A DNA stretch of 64,000 bases from Gammaproteobacteria bacterium. Lineage in GTDB: Bacteria > Pseudomonadota > Gammaproteobacteria > Pseudomonadales > Pseudohongiellaceae. The stretch lies in the NCBI GenBank assembly GCA_019654215.1, contig BPDI01000006.1, positions 28,649 through 92,648 on the forward strand. The letters run 5' to 3'. The position numbers and the translations under genes are program-made. A model generated the notes under the pieces. It worked only from the letters and a program-made list of their open reading frames with translations, did not search any database and had not been told where the DNA came from. Below, in pieces: positions 49,909 through 59,864 of the stretch (positions within the stretch are counted from its first letter, which is position 1; every line of letters starts with the position of its first letter).

Positions 49909-52531
49909 ATGCGAATTGACAAATTAACCAGTAAATTACAATCGGCTCTAGCTGACGCTCAGTCTATGGCGTTAGTCAAGGAGCATAATTTGATAGATTC
50001 AGCGCATCTGATGTTGGCTCTGATTGATCAGAAGGGCGGATCGGTTCGCCCGCTTTTGTCGCAAACCGGATTTAATGTTGCTGAATTGCACAGGCGGCTA
50101 ACTAAAGCCGTTGACGATCTTCCTCAGGTACCTGACAACGAAGGTGAAATTTCTGTGTCTCCTGATTTAGCAATAATTTTGAATCAGGCCGACAAGGTTG
50201 CTCTACAAAAAGGAGATTCATTTATTTCTAGCGAAACTATTTTGCTGGTTGCAATGAATAATAAAGGCGCCGTTGGCAAAATATTGAATGGCTTTGGAGT
50301 CTCTTCACAAGCTTTGGAGAACGCAATCGTAAATCTTCGTGGTGGTGAAAATGTAACTGACGCCAGTGCTGAAGATTCTTGGCAAGCATTGCAAAAATTC
50401 AGCATCGATCTAACGGAAAGGGCAGTAAATGGTGAGTTAGATCCTGTGATTGGGCGCGATGCAGAAATTCGCAGGGCTATTCAAGTTCTACAGCGGCGCA
50501 CTAAAAATAATCCAGTTTTAATTGGTGAGCCCGGTGTGGGTAAAACGGCAATCATAGAGGGGCTAGCACAGCGCATCGTAAACGGTGAGGTCCCAGAAGG
50601 ATTGCGCGATAAAAAAGTTCTTGCTCTCGATATGGGTGCCTTAATTGCTGGTGCAAAATTTCGGGGTGAATTCGAGGAAAGATTAAAAGCTGTGTTAACT
50701 GAAGCTTTCCAAGCGGGAAGGTTCCATTATCTTATTTATTGACGAGCTTCATACCGTGGTCGGCGCTGGAAAGGCGGAAGGCGCCATGGATGCAGGCAAT
50801 ATGCTAAAACCAGCACTGGCCCGTGGTGAACTTCACTGCGTCGGCGCTACTACTGTAGATGAATACCGGCAGTATATTGAAAAAGATGCGGCCTTAGAAA
50901 GGCGCTTTCAGAAAGTGCTAGTTGAAGAACCCAGCGAAGAGGACACCGTTGCGATTTTACGCGGATTAAAAGAACGCTATGAAGTGCATCATGGAGTAGA
51001 TATTTCTGATTCCGCTATTATTGCATCGGCACGGTTGTCGCAACGCTATATTACTGATCGACAACTTCCCGATAAAGCAATCGACCTGGTAGATGAGGCT
51101 GCCAGCATGATTCGCATGGAGATTGATTCTAAGCCAGAAGAGATGGACAAACTTGAGCGCCGCTTGGTTCAATTAAAAATTGAACGAGAGGCACTTAAAA
51201 AAGAAGACGATGCTGCTTCGAAGAAACATTGCGACAAACTTGAAGAAGAAATCTTCGAGGTTGAAAAAGAATTTGCTGACTTAGAGGAAATCTGGAAGGC
51301 AGAAAAAGCATCCTTGCAGGGAGCTCATACTATGAAGAGTTCACTGGAAAAAGCCCGCTTGGATATGGAAGCTGCTCGCAGAGCGGGGGACCTGGCACGT
51401 ATGTCAGAAATTCAGTATGGAGTTATTCCAGCATTGGAACAGAAGCTTGAAGCTGCAACGGAAGCGGAAGCTGCTGAAAAGCAGCTATTACGTAACCGGG
51501 TTTCAGAAGAGGAGATAGCTGACATTGTTTCCCGTGCAACTGGTATTCCTGTGAGTAAAATGCTGCAAAGTGATAAGCAGCGTCTGTTAGACATGGAAGA
51601 TGCATTACATCGTCGCGTAATTGGGCAAGAAGAGGCAATCGCTGCTGTGGCTAATGCGGTGCGACGTTCGCGCTCTGGATTATCCGATCCGAACCGACCA
51701 AATGGTTCTTTCTTATTTCTTGGTCCAACTGGTGTTGGTAAAACTGAGCTGTGCAAAACACTGGCAGAATTCCTTTTTGATACCGAAGATGCCATGGTGC
51801 GTATCGATATGTCTGAGTTTATGGAACAGCATTCAGTAGCAAGGTTAATTGGAGCACCTCCGGGTTATGTGGGTTATGAGGAAGGGGGTTATCTCACAGA
51901 AACAGTTCGCAGACGACCTTATTCTGTATTGCTGTTGGATGAAGTAGAAAAGGCCCATCCGGATGTTTTTAATATTTTGTTACAGGTAATGGATGATGGC
52001 CGTTTAACTGATGGCCATGGCCGTACTGTAGACTTTAGTAATACTGTCATCGTGATGACTTCAAACTTGGGGTCGGATCGCATTCAGGATTTTATGGCAG
52101 AAGGGGCTGTAGATGAAAAATCTTATGAGTATGTCAGGGAGACGGTTCTTGCTGCAGTTGTAAAACATTTCTCGCCAGAATTCGTAAACCGTATCGATGA
52201 ATCTGTAGTGTTCCATCCTTTAGATCAGGAACAGATTCGTGGCATCGCAGAAATCCAAATTGCACGTTTAAATCAACGCCTGGTTGACAGTGAACTTAGC
52301 ATTCAAGTGAGCAAGGAAGTGCTGGACCACATTTCCGAGATTGGGTATGACCCTGTGTATGGAGCTAGACCGTTGAAGCGGGCCATCCAGAACTGGATTG
52401 AGAATCCATTGGCGCAGGAAGTCCTCAAAGGTGAGTACGTTCCCGGGGATCGAATCGCTGTGGAGCTTAACTCTGCGAATGAGCTGCTATTTGGCAAGGT
52501 GATTCTTGATGAATGTCAGGCAGTGGCCTGA
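49909..52531 (+). pseudogene. clpB: ATP-dependent disaggregase ClpB (one frame break near 50700-50712)
   Basis: Fragments 49909-50742 (Walker A GEPGVGKT) and 50756-52531 (GPTGVGKT, ...GARPLKR). The shifted frame reads straight through the junction: ...[30 protein letters not shown]. Confidence 0.9.
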
Positions 52532-52589
52532 CCTCGGATATCTCCTCAAAGCTTCCATAAACGCTTGACTTTCCTCAAATAACTGGGAG

Positions 52590-52800
52590 AATCCGACTGC
52601 TTGAATGCGGGGGGATTTGGTGCACCCCAGATTTTCCTGCAGCAGTCTGAATTCGCCGCAACCTGGCTTTCCTGCAGACTGCTGTCTGGGTGACCGACAA
52701 CATCCACCTAAGGCTTCTATCACGTTATCGCGTACGGGGCCGACATGAAGCAATGCCAGACCGTTTGGATGCGGGGTGGGATGCGGGTGTCGAAACTAAC
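52590..52800. other. GC-rich, hairpin-rich non-coding element (possible small RNA or regulatory leader)
   Basis: My hand count for 52601-52800 is ~56% G+C, against ~40% for 52801-52860. An 11-bp stem pairs 52639-52649 (GCAGCAGTCTG) with 52675-52685 (CAGACTGCTGT). There is a tandem GGATGCGGG motif at 52766-52789. A candidate -35/-10 (TTGACT, 17 nt, AGAATC) sits at ~52566-52594. Confidence 0.3.
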
Positions 52801-52912
52801 TAATTATGTATTGGAGTTGCAGCAGGCTGTCATGGTCTATGCTGTTATTGGTTGTTTGGATTCAGACCAAACTGAATTGAAAGGGATGTGAAAGGAAAGA
52901 GAGGCAAGAAAA

Positions 52913-54640
52913 GTGGACCAACTATCTGGTGGTGAGATGCTCATTCGTGCACTGCACGATGAAGGTGTCGAAATCATATTTGGCTATCCTGGTGGAGCCG
53001 TTCTTCATATCTACGATGCGATTTTTCATCAGGATAAAGTAGAACATATCCTCGTGCGCCATGAGCAGGCTGCAACCCATGCGGCCGATGGTTATGCACG
53101 ATCAAGCGGCAAGCCAGGTGTGGTACTAGTCACCTCTGGTCCTGGCGCAACCAATGCAGTTACAGGCATCGCTACTGCTTATATGGATTCGATTCCAATG
53201 ATCGTTATCTCTGGGCAAGTCGATAGCAAAATGATAGGTACCGACGGTTTTCAGGAAACTGACATGGTTGGCATTTCTCGCCCAGTAGTAAAGCACAGCT
53301 TTATGGTGCGGGAAGCACAAGATATTCCGCATATTGTTAAAAAAGCGTTTCATATTGCTGCAACTGGGAGACCTGGCCCGGTTGTAATCGATATTCCTAA
53401 AGACGTAACTGATCCAAAAGTTAAACAGCCTTATGAATATCCTGAAGATATAAAACTACGATCTTATGCTGTTCCAGCAAAAGGGCATTCCGGTCAAATC
53501 AAGAAAGCTGTCGATGCGTTGCTTACTGCCAAGAGACCAATGATTTATTCCGGTGGCGGAGTTATTCAAGGGAGCGGCTCCAGACAATTAATTGAGCTTA
53601 CCCGTAAACTCGGCTTCCCTATTACTAACACACTGATGGGGCTTGGTGCATACCCTGCGTCTGACGAACAATTCCTTGGCATGCTAGGTATGCATGGAAC
53701 CTACGAAGCGAATATGGCGATGCATTATTGCGACGTTTTATTAGGCATAGGTGCTCGCTTCGATGACCGAGTGACGAATTCAGATACATCAAAGTTTTGT
53801 CCTGATGCAACTATCTTACATGTGGATATTGATCCTGCAGCAATTTCTAAAACTGTAACTGCAGATGTGCCAATTGTTGGATCAGTGGCTCCTGTTTTAG
53901 AAGAGATGATTGAACAAATCGATCAGTCTGATAAGAAGGTTGATAAACAGGCGTTAGAAGTCTGGTGGAATCAAATTGATAAGTGGCGTGAAAAAGATTG
54001 CTTAAAGGTCACGCCATCTGCTGAAGGCATCATCATGCCCCAGGACGCTGTAAAGGCGGTTTTCGAGATCACCAAAGGAGAGGCATACGTTTCGTCCGAT
54101 GTTGGCCAGCATCAAATGTTTGCCGCGCAGTACTACGGTTTTGATAAGCCTCGCCGTTGGATAAATTCGGGAGGATTAGGAACTATGGGTTTCGGCTTTC
54201 CGGCAGCTATGGGTGTGCAGTTTGCTTATCCCGATGCAATTTCAGTCTGTATAACTGGCGAAGGATCTTTCCTGATGAACCAACAAGAATTTGCCACCTG
54301 TATGCAGTATCAGCTACCAATTAAGATCATCTGTTTGAATAACCAGGCCCTCGGCATGGTTAAACAGTGGCAAGACATGCAATATGGCGGTCGACATTCT
54401 CACAGTACTTATGCTGAATCGTTGCCTGATTTCTCAAAACTTGCTGAAGCCTATGGTCACGTTGGTATAAAGATTGAAAAAGCGGATGAACTCTATCCGA
54501 AGTTAGAAGAAGCCTTTGCATTTAAAGACAAACTAGTGTTTGTCGATGTCTTAGTGGATCCGAACGAACACGTTTATCCGATGGCGATCAAAGGCGGAGC
54601 TATGAAGGACATGGTTCTTAGCAAGTCAGAGAGGACCTGA
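52913..54640 (+). CDS. ilvI: acetolactate synthase (AHAS III) large subunit
   Basis: 575 aa, GTG start. ThDP motif GGLGTMGFGFPAAMG...NN. Followed 1 nt later by the small subunit gene. Confidence 0.9.
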   Translation: MDQLSGGEMLIRALHDEGVEIIFGYPGGAVLHIYDAIFHQDKVEHILVRHEQAATHAADGYARSSGKPGVVLVTSGPGATNAVTGIATAYMDSIPMIVISGQVDSKMIGTDGFQETDMVGISRPVVKHSFMVREAQDIPHIVKKAFHIAATGRPGPVVIDIPKDVTDPKVKQPYEYPEDIKLRSYAVPAKGHSGQIKKAVDALLTAKRPMIYSGGGVIQGSGSRQLIELTRKLGFPITNTLMGLGAYPASDEQFLGMLGMHGTYEANMAMHYCDVLLGIGARFDDRVTNSDTSKFCPDATILHVDIDPAAISKTVTADVPIVGSVAPVLEEMIEQIDQSDKKVDKQALEVWWNQIDKWREKDCLKVTPSAEGIIMPQDAVKAVFEITKGEAYVSSDVGQHQMFAAQYYGFDKPRRWINSGGLGTMGFGFPAAMGVQFAYPDAISVCITGEGSFLMNQQEFATCMQYQLPIKIICLNNQALGMVKQWQDMQYGGRHSHSTYAESLPDFSKLAEAYGHVGIKIEKADELYPKLEEAFAFKDKLVFVDVLVDPNEHVYPMAIKGGAMKDMVLSKSERT

Positions 54641-54641
54641 G

Positions 54642-55133
54642 ATGAGACACATAATTTCAGTATTAATGGAGAATGAACCAGGCGCGCTCTCTCGAGTTGT
54701 TGGTCTTTTTTCTCAGAGAAACTACAACATCGATTCCTTAACAGTGGCACCGACGGAAGATCAATCTTTGTCTCGCCTCACTCTAACAACGAGTGGAGAC
54801 GATGCGCGTATTGAACAGATCACCAAGCATCTAAACAAGATCATCGATGTCGTGAAACTAGTGGATTTAACCGAGGGCGCGCACATTGAACGCGAGTTAA
54901 TGCTTATAAAAGTCAAAGCAGTTGGTGCTCAACGGGCGGAAGTTAAACGCAGTGTCGATATTTTTCGCGGTTCAGTTGTAGATTTAACCGCAAACGTTTT
55001 CACCATTCAGCTCACCGGGACCGGTGACAAACTCGATGCATTTATCGCGGCCCTTGGTGACAATGTGGTGCTGGAAGTTGCCAGAACTGGGGTTTCCGGA
55101 ATTTCTCGTGGCGAAAAAACATTAGCGCTCTGA
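54642..55133 (+). CDS. ilvH: acetolactate synthase small (regulatory) subunit
   Basis: 163 aa with an ACT domain (ISVLMENEPGALSRVVGLFSQRNYNIDSLTV). Confidence 0.85.
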   Translation: MRHIISVLMENEPGALSRVVGLFSQRNYNIDSLTVAPTEDQSLSRLTLTTSGDDARIEQITKHLNKIIDVVKLVDLTEGAHIERELMLIKVKAVGAQRAEVKRSVDIFRGSVVDLTANVFTIQLTGTGDKLDAFIAALGDNVVLEVARTGVSGISRGEKTLAL

Positions 55134-55293
55134 TTTCTTAGAAAAAGTTCGTCGTAAACTTTTTTTCAATCGTCTTCAATTTAGTGACGCAGAAGCAAGG
55201 TTTTTCTGATGAATTGAAGGCTCGTATTGGTTTCCTTAACATCGCATATTCCCATGCTCAGTCAGAGCATTTCTCTAGTTATTTAAATTTACA

Positions 55294-56763
55294 CTAGATT
55301 GCCTTTTTCATTGCGGTCATATGCTTTCTTAGTTCTTTTCCGACTACTTCGATCGGGTGTGCGCGAATCTTATCGTTAACGGCGATTAATTCCGCGTTGT
55401 CCACGCCTGAGTTTGATAATTCCAACCCTTTGCCTATTACATCTGTATCGATCTTTTTCATGAAGTCCGCAAGTAAAGGTATAGATTCATGGGAGAACAA
55501 GTAGCAACCATATTCCGCAGTATCGGAAATCACCTTATTCATTTCATAAAGTTTCTTTCTGCCAATCAAGTTGGCAATTAATGGAACTTCATGCAGTGAT
55601 TCATAGTAGGCAGATTCTTCGATAATGCCGCTATCGGTCATGGTCTCAAATGCTAATTCAACCCCTGCCTTGATCATGGCAATCATTAGAATGCCATTGT
55701 CATAATACTCCTGTTCGCTGATTTCTACATCGCCCGCTGTTGATTTTTCGAAGGCAGTTTCCGCTGTCGCTTCGCGCCAGGTTAGAAGTTTCTTATCATC
55801 ATTGGCCCAGTCTTCCATCATCCCTTTGGAAAAATTGCCGGTAATAATGTCATCCATGTGCTTTTGATAGAGCGGTGCCATAAGTTCTTTTAATTCGCCT
55901 GCCAATTCTGTTGCAACTATTTTTGCTGGATTGGAGAGACGATCCAGCATGTTGGTAATACCGCCTTGCTTTAAACCTTCAGCAACAGTTTCCCAACCAT
56001 GTTGAACAAATTTTGACGCATAACCTTCGTCGATTCCTTTTTCGATCATTTTATCGAAGCAAAGCAGAGAACCAGTTTGTAACATTCCGCAGAGAATCGT
56101 TTGCTCTCCCATTAAGTCTGATTTCACTTCTGCAATGAAAGATGATTCCAATACACCGGCTCGATGACCACCAGTTGCGGCAGCATAGGCTTTAGCGATA
56201 TCCATTCCATCGCCATTAGGATCATTTTCTGCGTGCACTGCGATTAAGGTAGGGACACCGAATCCGCGTTTATATTCTTCACGTACTTCTGTACCCGGAC
56301 ACTTAGGGGCCACCATGACTATCGTCAAGTCATCACGAATCTGCATTCCCTCCTCGACAATGTTAAATCCGTGGGAGTATGCGAGACACGCGCCATTCTT
56401 CATGAGAGGCATGATTTGCTCTACGACAGAGGTATGTTGCTTATCTGGAGTCAGGTTTAGTACTAGGTCGGCAGCAGGAATAAGATCCTCATAAGTGCCC
56501 ACAGCAAATCCATTTTCAGTTGCGTTTTTCCACGAAGGACGTTGTTCGCTAATTGCGGCTTCGCGCAAAGCGAAGGAAACATCGAGACTGCTATCTCGCA
56601 TGTTTAATCCTTGGTTCAGACCTTGTGCACCGCAACCAACGATTACCACTTTCTGACCGACTAATTTATTAACGCCATCGCTGAACTCCGATTGGTCCAT
56701 AAAGCGACATTTGCCCAATTGTTCCAGCTGAAGCCGAAGGGGCAGCGTATTAAAGTAATTCAT
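55294..56763 (-). CDS. ilvC: ketol-acid reductoisomerase, long class II form
   Basis: 489 aa. The N-terminus [22 protein letters not shown]...[20 protein letters not shown] closely follows the E. coli-type class II enzyme. Confidence 0.9.
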   Translation of the reverse strand: MNYFNTLPLRLQLEQLGKCRFMDQSEFSDGVNKLVGQKVVIVGCGAQGLNQGLNMRDSSLDVSFALREAAISEQRPSWKNATENGFAVGTYEDLIPAADLVLNLTPDKQHTSVVEQIMPLMKNGACLAYSHGFNIVEEGMQIRDDLTIVMVAPKCPGTEVREEYKRGFGVPTLIAVHAENDPNGDGMDIAKAYAAATGGHRAGVLESSFIAEVKSDLMGEQTILCGMLQTGSLLCFDKMIEKGIDEGYASKFVQHGWETVAEGLKQGGITNMLDRLSNPAKIVATELAGELKELMAPLYQKHMDDIITGNFSKGMMEDWANDDKKLLTWREATAETAFEKSTAGDVEISEQEYYDNGILMIAMIKAGVELAFETMTDSGIIEESAYYESLHEVPLIANLIGRKKLYEMNKVISDTAEYGCYLFSHESIPLLADFMKKIDTDVIGKGLELSNSGVDNAELIAVNDKIRAHPIEVVGKELRKHMTAMKKAI

Positions 56764-56936
56764 GGATTCGCTCCGTATTTTATGATCAGCTTTCTCTCCG
56801 GAAAGCCAGGTTTTTTTAGTGAGGCGCGATCATATAGCATCTCTAAAGTTGGGTAAAATGTTAAAAATAGTGTCTCAGGCCCATGCTTTGGCCTGTATAA
56901 TCCGAGAACCGCTGAATTTGAGCATATAAGGATTCC

Positions 56937-57794
56937 GTGAGCAACGAAGGCCAAGATACAGAATCTGAAAGTATTCTGCCGATTGATGAGCATGAGGAGA
57001 TAGTATCCGAAGGCGGCAAGAAGGTGCGCCGCCGCGGTGTGTATCTATTGCCCAATTTGTTCACTTTGGCAGCACTGTTTGCTGGCTTTTACGCTGTCAT
57101 AGCCGGTATGTCTGGTAATTTTAATGAAGCAGGTTGGGCCATATTAGTTGCAGCTGTTTGTGATGGGCTAGATGGGAGAATCGCCAGGCTCACAGGAACA
57201 CAATCCGCATTTGGCGCAGAGTTCGACAGCCTTTCTGATATGGTTTCTTTTGGGGTAGCGCCAGCTCTCATTATGTTTAGCTGGGGATTTGCACCGCTAG
57301 GTCAAGTGGGTTGGGCGGCAAGCTTCATTTATATGTCATGTGCTGCATTAAGACTTGCTCGCTACAACGTGCAATTGGGAACTGTAGATAAAAGATTCTT
57401 CCTGGGATTACAGAGCCCTATGGCGGCTGGTCTAGTTGCTGGCGTACCTTGGGTTGGCTTTCGATACGGTGTCGAAGTTACGCCTCTGGTGGCTTATTTA
57501 TGCGCTATTCTGACTATTTTTACCGGTCTGTTAATGATCTCGAATTACAAGTATTTCAGCTTTAAAGAGTTGAATTTCAAAGGCACCGTACCTTACATGG
57601 TATTTGTCTTTACAATAGTATTATTAGTATTGATTGCTCAGAGCCCTCATGAAGTTCTTGTATTGACGTGCGTAATCTATGCCGCTTCTGGTCCTGCGAG
57701 TTGGCTATACAGAACCCGGTTTAAGAACGCTAAGAAAGAGAAAGAAGAAAGGATGGATCAGAAAGAACAAGAGGAATCTGGGGCGGCTGAATAG
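56937..57794 (+). CDS. pssA: CDP-diacylglycerol--serine O-phosphatidyltransferase (CDP-alcohol transferase type)
   Basis: GTG start. Motif DGLDGRIARLTGTQSAFGAEFDSLSD (D-G-x2-A-R-x8-G-x3-D-x3-D). Multiple TM helices. Confidence 0.8.
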   Translation: MSNEGQDTESESILPIDEHEEIVSEGGKKVRRRGVYLLPNLFTLAALFAGFYAVIAGMSGNFNEAGWAILVAAVCDGLDGRIARLTGTQSAFGAEFDSLSDMVSFGVAPALIMFSWGFAPLGQVGWAASFIYMSCAALRLARYNVQLGTVDKRFFLGLQSPMAAGLVAGVPWVGFRYGVEVTPLVAYLCAILTIFTGLLMISNYKYFSFKELNFKGTVPYMVFVFTIVLLVLIAQSPHEVLVLTCVIYAASGPASWLYRTRFKNAKKEKEERMDQKEQEESGAAE

Positions 57795-57930
57795 CTCCAA
57801 TTATTTTCAATTAAACATAAAAAATCGATTGCATTAATCGATTAAAGAAATAGAAGGCAAGGGAAGATAGTTAACTCAAACCTGTCTGATCTGTTATAGA
57901 GACAGGAAAACCAAACAACAGGTAAATACC

Positions 57931-58972
57931 ATGTTAATTAAAAGACCATCAGACGTTATACCTTCAGAAATCACACCTGAAAGTGTTTACAAGAAGCGAC
58001 GTGATTTTATGTTCGATGGCGGTAGAGCATTACTCGGCGTAGCAGCAGGTTCACTTCCTTCAATTGCCAATGCTCAGAACGGGGAGGCTTTGAAAGCGCG
58101 CGCGCCTGCTGCAATGCGGAGATCTCCGCCAGCAGCATGGTGGGCCGAGAAATTTCAAAACATTAAACCAGCTCCTGATAGAGAGCCCTATTTTACTGGT
58201 GAAACACTCACGCCTTATGAAGATGTCACTATCTATAATAATTTTTATGAATTCGGCATGGATAAGTCTGATCCTGCCACCCGTTCTGGTGAATTCAAAA
58301 CTGATCCCTGGTCAGTTGAAATTACTGGTGAAGTTGAAAAACCTGGGACCTACCATTTAGAAGACATTATTAAGCCACATGATATAGAAGAGCGCATTTA
58401 TAGACTTCGCTGTGTAGAGGCCTGGTCCATGGTTATTCCGTGGATTGGATTTCCTTTAGCCGATCTCATAAAGCGATTCGAGCCAACATCCAATGCGAAG
58501 TTTGTAGAATTCGAAACAATCGTTGACGCTGAAACAATGCCTGGAATAAATTCGCGTTTTGCGATTGTACGCTGGCCTTACCGTGAAGGTTTGCGCATAG
58601 ACGAAGCAACTAATCCATTAACGTTTATGGCAGTTGGTTTATATGGTTCCTATTTACCTGTGCAGAACGGTGCGCCTTGGCGTTTAATAGTGCCATGGAA
58701 ATACGGCTTTAAGAGTATTAAGTCTATCGTGAAAATTAATTTTCGTGAGACACAACCGAATACAACCTGGGAAGACTTGCAGCCTAATGAGTATGGTTTC
58801 TATGCTAACGTTAATCCTCAAGTACATCACCCTCGATGGCGTCAGGACATGGAGCGACGATTACCGCAAACTTTGTTCAGCCGCCCGCGTAATTGAGACG
58901 CGCTTGTTTAACGGTTATGGGGAACACGTTGCTCATATGTATGATGGTATGGATTTGGCCCGATATTACTAG
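57931..58972 (+). pseudogene. msrP: protein-methionine-sulfoxide reductase catalytic subunit MsrP (YedY), C-terminal frame break near 58870-58885
   Basis: RRDFM Tat-like signal and a molybdopterin oxidoreductase core (RLRCVEAWSMVIPWIGFPL). ORF 57931-58896 ends prematurely. The overlapping frame (58745-58972) supplies the conserved end ...LFNGYGEHVAHMYDGMDL. Confidence 0.8.
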
Positions 58973-59001
58973 GAAGTTTCACCTCAACTTAATTAATTTT
59001 T

Positions 59002-59593
59002 ATGCGTAAATTTGTAAAGCCAGGAGTTTTTCTGTTGGCTCTAGTTCCCTTCGCGTTCTTATTAGTTCGCGCCTTAACAGATAATCTCGGTCCGGACCCG
59101 GCGCAAGAGCTCTCTATCGAAACAGGAGAGTGGACTCTGCGGTTTTTGCTAATCACATTAACTCTAACACCACTTCGACAATTAACCGGTCAATCTGAGT
59201 TCATTCGCCATCGTCGCATGTTGGGGTTGTTTGCGCTGTTCTATGCAACAGTCCATTTGTTGGTGTGGATGAGTTTAATTTTAGGATTTCGTTGGTTTGC
59301 TATTGCAGAAGAGATTGTTGAGCGGCCTTACATTACTGTCGGCTTTACTTCGTTTTTTATTCTGGTTGTACTTGGTATTACTTCGCCTAAGGCGATGGTT
59401 CGGAAAATGGGCAAGAATTGGAAAAAGCTTACATCGCTCGGTTTATATCGCTGCCCTACTCGGAGTGGTTCATTTATTGTGGATATTGCGTGCCGATGTG
59501 ACCGAAGCAGTATTCTATGGATCCATTACTTTTGTCTTACTTGGGTATCGCTTCCTGCGAAATTTGGGCAGTAAAAAGAGTGTAGTAGCTTGA
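59002..59593 (+). pseudogene. msrQ: protein-methionine-sulfoxide reductase haem-binding subunit MsrQ (YedZ), one frame break near 59425-59440
   Basis: Fragments 59002-59574 and 59297-59593 together give a ~196-aa 6-TM protein (RRMLGLFALFYATVHLLVW..., KKLHRSVYIAALLGVVHLLW). Confidence 0.75.
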
Positions 59594-59629
59594 AACTGGT
59601 TCTGTGCTTTCTTAAGTTTCTCAAATACC

Positions 59630-59657
59630 TTGCCTGATGATCGTATGAGCGTATAAT
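59630..59657 (+). promoter_or_regulatory. strong sigma-70 promoter with GC-rich discriminator (rrn/tRNA type)
   Basis: TTGCCT (59630-59635), a 16-nt spacer, then TATAAT (59652-59657), followed by ACGCCCGCCC. The sequence upstream is AT-rich. It lies ~120 nt upstream of tRNA-Ala. Confidence 0.5.
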
Positions 59658-59679
59658 ACGCCCGCCCTTTGGAAGATTT

Positions 59680-59775
59680 GGGTGTATGAAAATCCTTTGG
59701 CTTTTCTCACTAAATCTACCCCTTATTAAGTTTCTCTTAACGAGGGTTTTATGAAAAGCCTCTGGCTTTTCACGC
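59680..59775 (+). repeat. imperfect direct repeat (~31 nt, two copies) in the tRNA leader
   Basis: GGGTGTATGAAAATCCTTTGGCTTTTCTCAC (59680-59710) versus GGGTTTTATGAAAAGCCTCTGGCTTTTCACGC (59744-59775). TTAAGTTTCTC is also repeated at 59612-59622 and 59726-59736. Confidence 0.7.
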
Positions 59776-59776
59776 T

Positions 59777-59854
59777 GGGGCCATAGCTCAAACTGGGAGA
59801 GCGTCTGGTTTGCATCCAGAAGGTCTGCGGTTCGATCCCGCATGGGGTCCACCA
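59777..59854 (+). tRNA. tRNA-Ala (anticodon UGC), CCA encoded
   Basis: A cloverleaf is readable: acceptor GGGGCCA, D arm GCTC/AAACTGGGA/GAGC, anticodon arm TCTGG-TTTGCAT-CCAGA, T arm TGCGG-TTCGATC-CCGCA, 3' end TGGGGTCC-A-CCA. The G3:U70 pair is retained. The 3' acceptor strand is 1 nt too long (G-run). Confidence 0.85.
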
Positions 59855-59864
59855 ATAAATTTAA

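Noticed and set aside
52487-52753. 88-aa minus-strand ORF in the clpB-ilvI gap
   Set aside because: It overlaps the clpB 3' end and has no convincing RBS. Its Cys/Gly/Arg-rich composition looks like translated GC-rich structured DNA. It is treated as part of the non-coding element instead.
52745-52891. 48-codon upstream ORF ending 22 nt before ilvI, considered as an ilv attenuation leader peptide
   Set aside because: It has only a scattered Val/Ile/Leu content (..AVMVYAVIGCL..), not a run of regulatory codons. I could not find a terminator hairpin followed by a U-tract before ilvI.
56760-57064. Two minus-strand ORFs (77 and 67 aa) in and around the ilvC-pssA divergent region
   Set aside because: They overlap the pssA 5' end and the promoter region, and show no signature. 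The space is better explained as a divergent promoter region.
3578-59593. Programmed ribosomal frameshifting or transcriptional slippage as the explanation for the broken genes
   Set aside because: There are far too many sites, several per gene. They occur in unrelated genes that are single-frame in all organisms I know of, and I found no slippery heptamer plus stimulatory structure at the junctions I examined. Compensating indel pairs, such as the one in proA, make no sense for recoding.
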